NCBI GenBank assembly: GCA_002840435.1 | Contig: PHAT01000001.1 | Span: forward strand, 592,979-656,978 | Direction: 5' to 3' | Source: Deltaproteobacteria bacterium HGW-Deltaproteobacteria-6 | GTDB lineage: Bacteria; Desulfobacterota; Syntrophia; Syntrophales; Smithellaceae | DNA: 64,000 bases | Shown here: positions 53,600-62,419 of the stretch, one piece after another | Layout of the letters: every line of letters starts with the position of its first letter | Numbering within the stretch: the first letter of the stretch is position 1 | Program-made: the position numbers and the translations under genes | Notes under the pieces: generated by a model | Database searches by the model: none | What the model was told of the DNA's origin: nothing | The model's input: only the letters and a program-made list of their open reading frames with translations

Positions 53600-53645
53600 T
53601 GGTGAGCCCTGTCGGGGTCGAACCGACAACCTACTGATTAAGAGT
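53600..53645 (-). pseudogene. 3' fragment of tRNA-Lys(CTT), from anticodon loop to CCA (att-type duplicate)
   Basis: TGGTGAGCCCTGTCGGGGTCGAACCGACAACCTACTGATTAAGAGT matches the intact gene exactly and diverges at 53646. Confidence 0.9.
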
Positions 53646-53867
53646 TGTTTGGGCTACTTTCTATCATATTGATAATGTTAATCAAGATACTCTGAAGTAT
53701 CTGCTTATTACAGATTCATTGATGTTAGCCCATTTATTTCTTGATTTCACCAAAATAAATCCTCATAATTAATGTCCAATATGCTGATCATTTTTAAAAG
53801 TACACGACAGTAGCAAAGAGTGTTGCTGCCATATAATCTAGCGAACATCTGAACCATAGGAGAGATT

Positions 53868-54845
53868 TTGGAAATCCCTGAATTCATTATGCGGGTTCAC
53901 TCATATTGCGAAATTGCCCTCAGTTACGTTTCTTGGAACAACATCAAGACGTTTCTCAACTCCCATTTTTTTACAGCTGTAAGTGGCTCACTGGCCGGTG
54001 CTTTTGCCGGTGCGTATATTGCTCAACGGATCGCTAAAAGAAACAAGAACCGAGATGAGTTACTCCTAGAAATCCGAAACACTAATTCAGCAATCTCACT
54101 GTCTTTAAATATATGCAATTCTCTAATCAAGACAAAGAAGCAAAATATAAAGCCTCTCAAGGATGAATTCAGCAAGTCTAAGGCAGAAATAAACGAAGTC
54201 ATGCAAAAAATTCAAACTGGCGAGATTGAGAGGAATTCGTTGTCACATAAATTTACCTTCAAATATAATCTGCAATTTCTGCCGGTGCCATGGCTACCGA
54301 CCGATGCACTTCAGAACCAAATATTTGAAAAGATTTCAATTGGCAATCGACCATTTAGTGCCTTCATTTCGCTCTTGGAGTCCACAAGATTGCTTCAAGA
54401 ATCGATCAAGAATAGAAATCAGCTCATCGAACAATATAAAGTGAACTCAGAACCAGAGAATCCAGAGTTCTACAAACGTTATTTTGGACTTCCGTATGGT
54501 ACGGGGCATGTTGACCTTGTCTATCTGAACTTAATAGATAACCTGTATAGTTATTGCGATGACGCTATCTTCTTCAGCCATCTTCTTTGTACTGACCTCA
54601 TCAAATCTGGAGAAGCGCTTTCTACAAAATTCAAGCAGAAATTCGGAAATAAGGCTCCATCGATAACTACAGTTGACTTCACGAAATCGATAGTTGATGG
54701 CTTAATTCCGAGTAATGAAGTTTATATAAACTGGTTAAATTGTTTCGTCGAGTCAAATAACCTTCACAAATCCACAACTCGTTTTAAGAAATGCCTGGAT
54801 CATTTGCTCAGGACTAATCGCTTTCCACGAAAAAGTAACAAATAA
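53868..54845 (+). CDS. hypothetical membrane-anchored protein, cargo of the tRNA-Lys islet
   Basis: 325 aa, AT-rich, TTG start behind AGGAGA. One TM (FFTAVSGSLAGAFAGAYIAQRI) followed by a K/N/E-rich soluble domain. No family recognised. Confidence 0.65.
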   Translation: MEIPEFIMRVHSYCEIALSYVSWNNIKTFLNSHFFTAVSGSLAGAFAGAYIAQRIAKRNKNRDELLLEIRNTNSAISLSLNICNSLIKTKKQNIKPLKDEFSKSKAEINEVMQKIQTGEIERNSLSHKFTFKYNLQFLPVPWLPTDALQNQIFEKISIGNRPFSAFISLLESTRLLQESIKNRNQLIEQYKVNSEPENPEFYKRYFGLPYGTGHVDLVYLNLIDNLYSYCDDAIFFSHLLCTDLIKSGEALSTKFKQKFGNKAPSITTVDFTKSIVDGLIPSNEVYINWLNCFVESNNLHKSTTRFKKCLDHLLRTNRFPRKSNK

Positions 54846-54889
54846 ATATGCAAATAACATACTGATGTAATGTTATAAAATGTCATTAT

Positions 54890-54908
54890 CGAATTGACAA
54901 CCTACTGA
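54890..54908 (-). repeat. third, degenerate copy of the tRNA-Lys T-arm/anticodon-stem core
   Basis: CGAATTGACAACCTACTGA compared with CGAACCGACAACCTACTGA at 55083-55101: 17 of 19 positions match. Confidence 0.7.
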
Positions 54909-54997
54909 CATATTTTTAGGACGTCCATTCATATTATGTTATAAACAAATAATATTCCTAACTAATTTGTTATTTCATTTTCATGAGTTGAGAGTAG

Positions 54998-55028
54998 TAA
55001 ACAGATAATAAACAGATAAACAGACAAA
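54998..55028. repeat. short tandem repeat TAAACAGATAA x2 plus a partial third unit
   Basis: Read directly at 54998-55008 and 55009-55019, followed by ACAGACAA. It abuts the terminator of the intact tRNA-Lys. Confidence 0.8.
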
Positions 55029-55109
55029 AAGGGGTTACGCAGTTCACGTAACCCCTTAATATTTGGTGAGCCCTGTCGGGGTCGAACCGACAACCTACTG
55101 ATTAAGAGT
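55023..55109 (-). repeat. direct repeat, right copy: 3' half of the intact tRNA-Lys plus its terminator
   Basis: Partner of 53561-53645. The terminator stems differ by compensatory changes: GGGGTTACG/CGTAACCCC here, GGGGCTAC/GTAGCCCC in the left copy. Confidence 0.9.
55026..55055 (-). terminator. intrinsic terminator of the tRNA cluster
   Basis: Minus strand reads GGGGTTACG-tgaactg-CGTAACCCC followed by TTTTT, 8 nt after the tRNA-Lys 3' end. Confidence 0.75.
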
Positions 55110-55139
55110 CAGTTGCTCTACCAGCTGAGCTAAGGGCCC
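55064..55139 (-). tRNA. tRNA-Lys (anticodon CTT)
   Basis: Reverse complement is GGGCCCTTAGCTCAGCTGGTAGAGCAACTGACTCTTAATCAGTAGGTTGTCGGTTCGACCCCGACAGGGCTCACCA. Anticodon stem ACTGA/TCAGT with loop CTCTTAA. 76 nt, CCA encoded. Confidence 0.93.
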
Positions 55140-55154
55140 TTGTGCTTTCTATTC

Positions 55155-55231
55155 TGGTACGCCCGGTAGGATTCGAACCTACGACCAACAGATTCGAAGT
55201 CTGCGACTCTATCCAGCTGAGCTACGGGCGC
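55155..55231 (-). tRNA. tRNA-Arg (anticodon TCG)
   Basis: Reverse complement is GCGCCCGTAGCTCAGCTGGATAGAGTCGCAGACTTCGAATCTGTTGGTCGTAGGTTCGAATCCTACCGGGCGTACCA. Anticodon loop CTTCGAA. 77 nt. Confidence 0.9.
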
Positions 55232-55251
55232 GTAGTTTCAAATCCCAAAAA

Positions 55252-55329
55252 TGGGGTGAGTGAAGGGGTTCGAACCCTCGACCTCCGGGGCCACAACCCG
55301 GCACTCTAACCAGCTGAGCTACACCCACC
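55252..55329 (-). tRNA. tRNA-His (anticodon GTG, with G-1)
   Basis: Reverse complement is GGTGGGTGTAGCTCAGCTGGTTAGAGTGCCGGGTTGTGGCCCCGGAGGTCGAGGGTTCGAACCCCTTCACTCACCCCA. Anticodon stem CCGGG/CCCGG with loop TTGTGGC. 78 nt including the extra 5' G. Confidence 0.9.
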
Positions 55330-55339
55330 ATTTTCGTCT

Positions 55340-55416
<77 letters not shown>

Positions 55417-55447
55417 ATAATTAATCCTGCACCAGAAAAGAAGTAGC

Positions 55448-55476
55448 CTAATATCCCCTCTTCCTTTTTTTGTCAA
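55448..55476 (-). promoter_or_regulatory. candidate promoter (TTGACA - 17 nt - TATTAG) of the four-tRNA cluster
   Basis: On the minus strand, TTGACA is the reverse complement of 55471-55476 and TATTAG is the reverse complement of 55448-55453, about 30 nt upstream of tRNA-Arg(TCT). Confidence 0.45.
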
Positions 55477-55500
55477 GATCAAATGCTTGGCAATTTCACA

Positions 55501-57228
55501 TTATCTAACATAACCGGCAATGCCGTCAAAACGGTACCCCTTTCGTTCTCCGGTTGCAGCTTTCGCATTTGTCGAATAATAATGCCTGCCTGTTGACGGA
55601 TTAAACCAGCGATACAATTCCCGGGTGTTTGTCATTCGGGATGTCGCAATGTTGCCGATCGTGCCTTCATAAACATAGCCGTCCAGTTTTTTTCCTCCAC
55701 CGGACCGGTCATAATGATAATAATGATCCCTTTTGACAGGATTATACCAGCGATAAAAGTTTGTTGTCCCGGGTGTTTGCGGCATGAAAAGCCTGAAAGC
55801 AATACCCTCTTTCAAATAACCGTTTTGGATCAGCCTTTTGGATTCCGCTTGAGGATCTATGGTAAACAAATAATCTTTGTCTTTTGAATATAAATAAACG
55901 TCAATGATTTTTGGTCCGGAATCAGACATTATATCTACATATATTTCCGCTTTTTCTTCGCCCGCATTGGATTTAAATATAATTTTATCTCCGTAATAGC
56001 CCGGAGTAAGATTGGACGTATCAACCTTAACATTGATATAATCAATTTCCGTCATGGTCGTTCCGGAATTGGGAAATACGGTAATCCAGCCCCTCGGGCC
56101 GCGCATAATATCTTTACCGAACACTTTGATGCCTTCCAGTTCCAAACTGCCTTCCCGGATTACAATTGTGACTACATGCGGGCCTTCCGCCAGTCCTTCG
56201 GCTATCACTAATTCTTTCTTTTCCCACTGACCGGATAACACGTCCGGCAGATTCAGCAATATTTCATCAAGATAGATGGAACAATTTCCATCCTCCGTAT
56301 GAGATTGCAGAAACACGCTGATTCCGGTCCCATTAAATCGATATTTTATGGAGCTTGCCGCCCCTTTACTTAATGGGTAGCCATTTTTTTCCGTCCATTT
56401 TCCAATCAATTCCATCGAATCTTTCAGGTGTTCGGGAATAATGTACTTACCCGGTTCCGGCAGCACTTCATTATGAAAAGACAGATATCTTTCTTTTTGT
56501 AATTCTCCGGGAATCTGAGCAACATTTGCCTGCGGCTGGGCGACAGACCATCTCAACATTTCCCTGCCTTTATTGATTAATTCTATTCTTTTAGAGATTA
56601 TTTTACCCGGTAATTGCGTACCTAAATCCAAACGTTGCGGATTTAAACTGATGGAAGGAATTTCCTGCAAGGCATGAATTCGAAAATCCACAAAGATCGT
56701 CCTTTGACCACCCGCTGAGGTTATCTTAATTGCCTTTCGATACTCACCGGCCTTTAAGTCTTTATTGCAGATGAGTTCTCTGCCCGCCGCCTCCAGTTTC
56801 ATGCTGGTTTGATAACCGGGAATTCTTTTTTTATCGCCCGGAATATTCTCCGCGCGTTCGGCAATTTTTAATTCCAGACTGAGATTAGCCGGTTCGCCCG
56901 ATACGGAACCTCTGAGCGTTTTACCCGTAACACCATCCCAGCCTTCCGGACAGGATGTTGACCAGGACATCGTTCCCGGTGAAATATTTTTTAAATTGAA
57001 TTCTCCAAAGACGGTTTCACCCGGTTTTACGGATCCCAGATCAATTTCCCGTGGCGTTACGGTCAGGACAGGACGCGATTCCTCTTTACTAACACTCGGC
57101 GGGATTACGGTGCCGGATGTCCGATGCTGATTGATGTTGTAATCTGATCCGGACAGCAAAGAAGGATGAAAGATTTCCAAGTTAAACACAACAAAAAATG
57201 AAATAAAACAAATTAATACCTTCTGCAT
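55501..57228 (-). CDS. secreted multi-domain protein (DUF1573-like Ig folds, C-terminal DUF5648-like repeats)
   Basis: Signal peptide MQKVLICFISFFVVF. IDLGSVKPGETVFGEFNLKN and LDLGTQLPGKIISKRIELIN are DUF1573-like. The C-terminal FYRWYNPVKRDHYYH...DGYVYEG and LYRWFNPSTGRHYYS...GYRFDG repeats are DUF5648-like. Confidence 0.8.
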   Translation of the reverse strand: MQKVLICFISFFVVFNLEIFHPSLLSGSDYNINQHRTSGTVIPPSVSKEESRPVLTVTPREIDLGSVKPGETVFGEFNLKNISPGTMSWSTSCPEGWDGVTGKTLRGSVSGEPANLSLELKIAERAENIPGDKKRIPGYQTSMKLEAAGRELICNKDLKAGEYRKAIKITSAGGQRTIFVDFRIHALQEIPSISLNPQRLDLGTQLPGKIISKRIELINKGREMLRWSVAQPQANVAQIPGELQKERYLSFHNEVLPEPGKYIIPEHLKDSMELIGKWTEKNGYPLSKGAASSIKYRFNGTGISVFLQSHTEDGNCSIYLDEILLNLPDVLSGQWEKKELVIAEGLAEGPHVVTIVIREGSLELEGIKVFGKDIMRGPRGWITVFPNSGTTMTEIDYINVKVDTSNLTPGYYGDKIIFKSNAGEEKAEIYVDIMSDSGPKIIDVYLYSKDKDYLFTIDPQAESKRLIQNGYLKEGIAFRLFMPQTPGTTNFYRWYNPVKRDHYYHYDRSGGGKKLDGYVYEGTIGNIATSRMTNTRELYRWFNPSTGRHYYSTNAKAATGERKGYRFDGIAGYVR

Positions 57229-57402
57229 AAACTCCTCTTGCTCATGTTATATCCTGAGTTCATTAACTCAAAGATCAATTTTACGCAATAATTTTAAAAT
57301 ACTTGACAGATACGATACAGAAGAGGTAGCTTTTCTTCCAATTTTTCAAGACACCCTGTAAAACCGATCTTGAAATTACATATCCTGTCAAAATATTACT
57401 CT

Positions 57403-58542
57403 ATGAATGAACATATCAAATACTGGATAGCGTTAAGGTCTATTAACGGAATCGGGAATGCATCAGTTCAATCGCTGCTGGATCGTTTCCTGTCTCCCGC
57501 CGCCGTTTTTTCGGCATCCATTCAGGCTCTTTCAGCTATCCCGGGAATAAGTAAAGAGAACGCGGCAGCCATTGTTTCGTTCAATGACTGGGATAAAATC
57601 CTTCGACAAATGGATGCGCTTGATAAAACGGGTGTCAAAATAATCACCTGTCTTGATGATTTCTATCCGATAAATCTGCTTAATATTTATGATCGCCCCG
57701 TCTTTCTTTATGTTCTGGGCAATCTTGAAAAAGATGATATTCCTGTTGCTATCGTCGGCTCCCGTCGTGCCAGCGCCTATGGCAGATACACAACGGATCG
57801 GATCAGCAGAGAGCTTGCACTCAAGGGGATTACCATTGTCAGCGGCATGGCCAGAGGCATCGACTCCTGCGCTCATCGCGGCGCACTAGCCGCCAAGGGA
57901 CGCACAATTGCCGTTCTGGGCAGCGGTCTGGATGTCATTTATCCTCCCGAAAACAAAAATTTATTTACTGATATTGCTCAAAACGGCGCAGTAGTTTCGG
58001 AATTTCCGCCGGGAACTCAACCCCTTCCCTATCATTTCCCGGCGCGCAATCGCATCATTAGTGGTTTGTCCTATGGCGTCGTGGTTGTTGAAGCAGGAGA
58101 AAAAAGCGGTTCGTTGATTACCGCCAGATTAGCGATGGAACAAGGGCGCGAAGTTTTCGCGATTCCCGGCACGATTGATTCCGCTTCTTCGCGCGGCACG
58201 AACAGTCTGATTAAACAAGGGGCGAAACTCATCGATAGCATTGATGACATTCTGGAAGATATCCTTCCGCAGATCGAACGATCATCCCTGCAGATAAAAC
58301 CGCAAAAGCAACAGATAGTACCCGCTTGTATTCCTCGCGCAAACGCCGAAAGAAACGCAGATTCTCTCAGCCTCATTGATCAGACCATTCTGAAAACGCT
58401 GTCCCGGGAAAAGACACATGCCGACGATATTATTTCCGGCACAGGGCTTCCCCCCGCTGATGTATCAAGCGCGCTTATTATGTTGGAATTAAGAGGGATT
58501 ATCTTACAGCACACGGGTCAATACTATTCGTTGAAGCAATAA
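57403..58542 (+). CDS. dprA: DNA-processing protein DprA (Smf)
   Basis: N-terminal SAM-like IKYWIALRSINGIGN, Rossmann core VAIVGSRRASAYG...IVSGMARGIDSCAHRGAL, and a C-terminal winged helix. The track start is a TTG at 57370. Confidence 0.92.
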   Translation: MNEHIKYWIALRSINGIGNASVQSLLDRFLSPAAVFSASIQALSAIPGISKENAAAIVSFNDWDKILRQMDALDKTGVKIITCLDDFYPINLLNIYDRPVFLYVLGNLEKDDIPVAIVGSRRASAYGRYTTDRISRELALKGITIVSGMARGIDSCAHRGALAAKGRTIAVLGSGLDVIYPPENKNLFTDIAQNGAVVSEFPPGTQPLPYHFPARNRIISGLSYGVVVVEAGEKSGSLITARLAMEQGREVFAIPGTIDSASSRGTNSLIKQGAKLIDSIDDILEDILPQIERSSLQIKPQKQQIVPACIPRANAERNADSLSLIDQTILKTLSREKTHADDIISGTGLPPADVSSALIMLELRGIILQHTGQYYSLKQ

Positions 58543-58717
58543 GGCAACAGGGTGCCCTTTCACCGTCGGGGACACATAATATATTTAAATCACTGGATTC
58601 CCGCTTTCTTGATATCGACAAAGAGCGGCCTTATTTGACTTTTTAAAAGATCGGCAAAGAATAAAAAGCTTTACAAAAGCATTTTGACCATCTATATGGT
58701 GCGCCGAAATGTAAGGA

Positions 58718-61054
58718 GTGGCTATGGCTAATTCATTAATCGTTGTGGAATCTCCAACAAAAGTTAAAACGATAAAAAAATTCATGGGCAAGGATTTTAA
58801 TGTGGTCGCTTCAATGGGACACATCAAAGACCTGCCGAAAAGCACCCTGGGCATCGATCTGACCAAAGACTTCGAGCCCACCTATAATGTTATTGACGCC
58901 AAAAAGAAAACAATTGATGAACTGAAAAAAGCGGCCAAAACTGCTGAAAACATCTACCTGGCCCCCGACCCAGACCGTGAAGGGGAAGCCATCGCCTGGC
59001 ATATTTCCGATATCATCGGCGCGAAAAAAAATAAAAATATCTATCGGGTGCTTTTCAACGATCTCACAAAAAAAACCGTAATCGATGCAATCAGCCATCC
59101 GCTGCAACTGGACTTTGATAAGTACGAGGCGCAGCAGACGCGCCGCATTCTGGACCGTCTCGTTGGCTATCAGATCAGCCCCGTTCTCTGGGACAAGGTG
59201 AAACGGGGATTGAGCGCAGGCCGCGTTCAGTCCGTCGCGGTTCGCATCATCTGCGACCGTGAAGATGAAATTGATAAATTTGTGCCTGAAGAATACTGGA
59301 ATCTCGTAGCCCAGTTTGAAGGCAGCCATCCGCCTCCCTTCGATGCCAAGCTTCTTAAGATTGATGGTAAAAAAGCTAAAGTAGTAAATGGTGAGCAAGC
59401 CAATCAATTGGCCGCTGACATTCAGAAGGCTTCTTTCATTGTCGAGAAGCTGGATAAAAAAGAACTTAAACGCTCGGCCCTGCCCCCATTCACCACCAGT
59501 AAATTGCAGCAGGAAGCCTCCCGCTGGCTGAGATTTTCGGCCAAAAAAACCATGAGCGTCGCTCAGAAACTTTATGAAGGCATCGAATTGGGAAAAGAAG
59601 GTTCCGTAGGTCTGATCACCTATATGCGAACGGACTCCTACCGGATCGCCGATGAAGCTCTTGCCGCCGTGCGGGACTACATCAAGGATAATTATTCATC
59701 GGATTACCTGCCGCCCAAACCTCATGTTTACAAAAACACCCAAAAGGCGCAGGACGCGCATGAAGCCATTCGTCCGTCAAGCATGGCCTATAAGCCGCAG
59801 GATATTAAAGAATATCTCTCCGCCGAGCAATTCAAGCTCTATCAGCTTATCTGGAACCGTTTTGTGGCAAGCCAGATGAATCCGGCAATCTTTGATCAGA
59901 CCACCATTGACATTTCCGGCGCCAACTGCATTTTCCGCGCTCAGGGACAAGTCCTGAAGTTCCCCGGATTCACGATCGTCTATACCGAAGGCAAGGATGA
60001 AAAAGAGGAAGAAAACGGCACGGACAAACTTTTGCCTGATGTTAAAGAAAAAGAAAAGATCAACCTGATCAAACTCGACACGCAGCAGAAATTCACCCAG
60101 CCTCCGCCTCGTTTTTCAGAAGCATCGCTGGTGCGCGAGCTGGAGGAAAAAGGCATCGGCCGTCCCAGCACATACGCCACGATTCTTTCGACGATCCAGG
60201 ACCGCGAATATGTGCGTCTGGAAAAGGGCAAATTCTTCCCGACGGAACTGGGCAAGGTCGTCACCGAGCTTTTGGTCAAAAGTTTCCCCACCGTTTTAGA
60301 CCTGGCATTTACGGCCGATATGGAAAACAAACTCGATGCTATTGAAAGCGGCACCGACAAACGAGTCAAGACGCTCCAGGATTTCTATAAGCTTTTTTCT
60401 GGAGAATTGGATAAAGCAAAAAGCGAAATGCGCAACGTCAAGCGGGAAGAAACACCGACCGATCTGGTTTGCGAAAAATGCAGTTCACCGATGGTGATCA
60501 AATGGGGTAAGAACGGTCGTTTCCTGTGCTGTTCCAAGTACCCGGAATGCAAAAATACCATGAATTTCACTCATGACGAAAATGGCAAGGTAAAGCACGT
60601 GGCGGCTCAAACAACCGATATCAAATGTAATAAATGCGGCAAAAGCATGACCGTCAAAGAAGGGCGTTTCGGACAGTTTCTGGCTTGTTCCGGCTATCCG
60701 GACTGCAAGAACACCATGAACGCAGCCAGGAATGAAAACGGCGAAATCGTTGCACAGGAAGCGCCCTCAACCGAAGAAGTCTGCGAATTGTGCAGCAAAC
60801 CGATGGCTGTTAAGCGCGGCCGCTACGGCCAGTTCCTCGGATGTACGGGTTACCCTGAATGCAAGAATATCAAAAAAATGAGCAAAGACGGTAAGGTCAC
60901 GCCCCAGGAAGCAGTTCTTTCGGATGAAGTCTGTGAGCATTGCGGCAAGCCAATGGCGATCAAAAGGGGCCGCTACGGCCAGTTTCTGGGCTGCACGGGT
61001 TATCCTGAATGCAAGAATATCAAGAAAATACCAAAAAATAAATCAACTGAATGA
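58718..61054 (+). CDS. topA: DNA topoisomerase I
   Basis: 778 aa with the TOPRIM N-terminus LIVVESPTKVKTIKKF, the active-site region GLITYMRTDS, and four C-terminal C4 zinc ribbons (C..C...M..K.GR.G.FL.C.GYP.CKN). Confidence 0.97.
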   Translation: MAMANSLIVVESPTKVKTIKKFMGKDFNVVASMGHIKDLPKSTLGIDLTKDFEPTYNVIDAKKKTIDELKKAAKTAENIYLAPDPDREGEAIAWHISDIIGAKKNKNIYRVLFNDLTKKTVIDAISHPLQLDFDKYEAQQTRRILDRLVGYQISPVLWDKVKRGLSAGRVQSVAVRIICDREDEIDKFVPEEYWNLVAQFEGSHPPPFDAKLLKIDGKKAKVVNGEQANQLAADIQKASFIVEKLDKKELKRSALPPFTTSKLQQEASRWLRFSAKKTMSVAQKLYEGIELGKEGSVGLITYMRTDSYRIADEALAAVRDYIKDNYSSDYLPPKPHVYKNTQKAQDAHEAIRPSSMAYKPQDIKEYLSAEQFKLYQLIWNRFVASQMNPAIFDQTTIDISGANCIFRAQGQVLKFPGFTIVYTEGKDEKEEENGTDKLLPDVKEKEKINLIKLDTQQKFTQPPPRFSEASLVRELEEKGIGRPSTYATILSTIQDREYVRLEKGKFFPTELGKVVTELLVKSFPTVLDLAFTADMENKLDAIESGTDKRVKTLQDFYKLFSGELDKAKSEMRNVKREETPTDLVCEKCSSPMVIKWGKNGRFLCCSKYPECKNTMNFTHDENGKVKHVAAQTTDIKCNKCGKSMTVKEGRFGQFLACSGYPDCKNTMNAARNENGEIVAQEAPSTEEVCELCSKPMAVKRGRYGQFLGCTGYPECKNIKKMSKDGKVTPQEAVLSDEVCEHCGKPMAIKRGRYGQFLGCTGYPECKNIKKIPKNKSTE

Positions 61055-62373
61055 AGTCTGCTCAAATCAATATTATCGGCGGCGGACTCGCAGGCTGTGA
61101 AGCGGCTTGGCAGCTTCTAAGGCGCGGGCATGCTGTTCATCTCTTTGAAATGAAGCCGCAGAAATATTCTCCCGCACATAAGATGAAACATCTTGCTGAA
61201 CTGGTTTGCAGCAACTCTCTTAAATCCAATGATCCCAACAGCGCTCCCGGTTTGCTCAAAGAAGAAATGCGCAGGCTCAACTCTCTGATATTGTCTGTGG
61301 CCGATCAAACAGCCGTTGCCGCAGGCTCCGCGCTGGCCGTGGATCGCGCGGAATTTTCCCTCAAGGTGGAAGAAAGTTTATTACAGCAGAATAATTTTGA
61401 GCTGAGCCGGGCTGAAATAACCCGGATCCCTGCTGAAGCATTAACCATCATCGCCACAGGACCTCTGACTTCCGACCTGCTGGCTCAATCAATTCATCAA
61501 ATACTTGGCGGTTCCTATCTTTATTTTTATGACGCTATTGCACCCATTGTAGATGCCGGTTCCATCAACATGGAAAAAGTTTACTGGGCATCGCGTTACG
61601 ACAAAGGCACACCGGACTATCTCAACTGTCCTCTTTCCGAGGAGGAATATAAACGTTTTCGGCAGGAACTGCTGGCCGGAGAAAAAGTTGCCGCAAAATC
61701 CTTCGAAGACGTCAAGCACTTTGAAGGTTGCCTGCCTATTGAAGTCATGGCTGCGCGCGGGGAGGATACGCTGGCTTTCGGTCCGATGAAGCCGGTGGGA
61801 TTAATCAATCCGCACACGGGAACCCGGCCTTACGCCGTGGTTCAATTACGCCGAGAAAATGCCTCCGGAACACTTTTCAATCTGGTTGGATTTCAGACCA
61901 AGCTTACCTGGTCTTCACAGGAACGCATCTTCCGTATGATCCCCGGACTGGAAAATGCGCAATTTGCCCGCATGGGCAGTATTCATCGTAACACTTACAT
62001 TCACTCCCCCTCCCTGCTGCAACCCACATTACAACTCAAGCATCATCCGGATATTTTCTTCGCCGGGCAGATTACCGGTGTGGAAGGTTATATGGAATCG
62101 ACAGCCATGGGACTTATGGCAGGATTGAGCGCAGCATCTTACCTTGAAGGAAAATCGTTTCAGCCCCCTCCGGCGGAAACAGCAATCGGCGCGCTGCTGA
62201 GTTATATTACTTCTCCGGAATCAGCGGATAATTTCCAGCCCATGAATATCAATTTCGGCATTCTCAGTCCTCTTGCGGCAAGAAAAATGAAAAAGAGGGA
62301 AAAACATATTTTATATTCGAAGCGAGCTTTGGATATTTTAAGTGATTGGATGCAGAATAAGGTATTTCGTTGA
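61051..62373 (+). CDS. trmFO: methylenetetrahydrofolate--tRNA-(uracil54-C5)-methyltransferase TrmFO
   Basis: 440 aa with FAD motif IIGGGLAGCEAAWQL and typical TrmFO/Gid sequence. 4-nt overlap with topA. The dprA-topA-trmFO order is known from Firmicutes. Confidence 0.93.
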   Translation: MKSAQINIIGGGLAGCEAAWQLLRRGHAVHLFEMKPQKYSPAHKMKHLAELVCSNSLKSNDPNSAPGLLKEEMRRLNSLILSVADQTAVAAGSALAVDRAEFSLKVEESLLQQNNFELSRAEITRIPAEALTIIATGPLTSDLLAQSIHQILGGSYLYFYDAIAPIVDAGSINMEKVYWASRYDKGTPDYLNCPLSEEEYKRFRQELLAGEKVAAKSFEDVKHFEGCLPIEVMAARGEDTLAFGPMKPVGLINPHTGTRPYAVVQLRRENASGTLFNLVGFQTKLTWSSQERIFRMIPGLENAQFARMGSIHRNTYIHSPSLLQPTLQLKHHPDIFFAGQITGVEGYMESTAMGLMAGLSAASYLEGKSFQPPPAETAIGALLSYITSPESADNFQPMNINFGILSPLAARKMKKREKHILYSKRALDILSDWMQNKVFR

Positions 62374-62419
62374 TTTCCGTGTTAACTTAATCCTGAAAGA
62401 ATTATTACAGCAGACGTCA

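Larger units (their letters stand above)
53561..53645 (-). repeat. direct repeat, left copy: tRNA-Lys 3' half plus downstream terminator
   Basis: Segment 53600-53645 is identical to 55064-55109, the 3' 46 nt of tRNA-Lys including CCA. Flanking CCCCTTAATATTT and GACAAAAA are also repeated. Confidence 0.9.
53646..55022. mobile_element. putative degraded integrative islet at tRNA-Lys (no integrase present)
   Basis: AT-rich 1.4-kb segment bounded by the duplicated tRNA-Lys 3' halves. It holds one orphan ORF, a third degenerate att-core copy at 54890-54908, and 11-bp tandem repeats at 54998-55028. Confidence 0.5.

Noticed and set aside
60470-61040. Internal DNA repeats at the 3' end of topA
   Set aside because: They are explained by four tandem C4 zinc-ribbon modules, which are normal for bacterial topoisomerase I. 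The last two are the most similar. They are not an independent repeat element.
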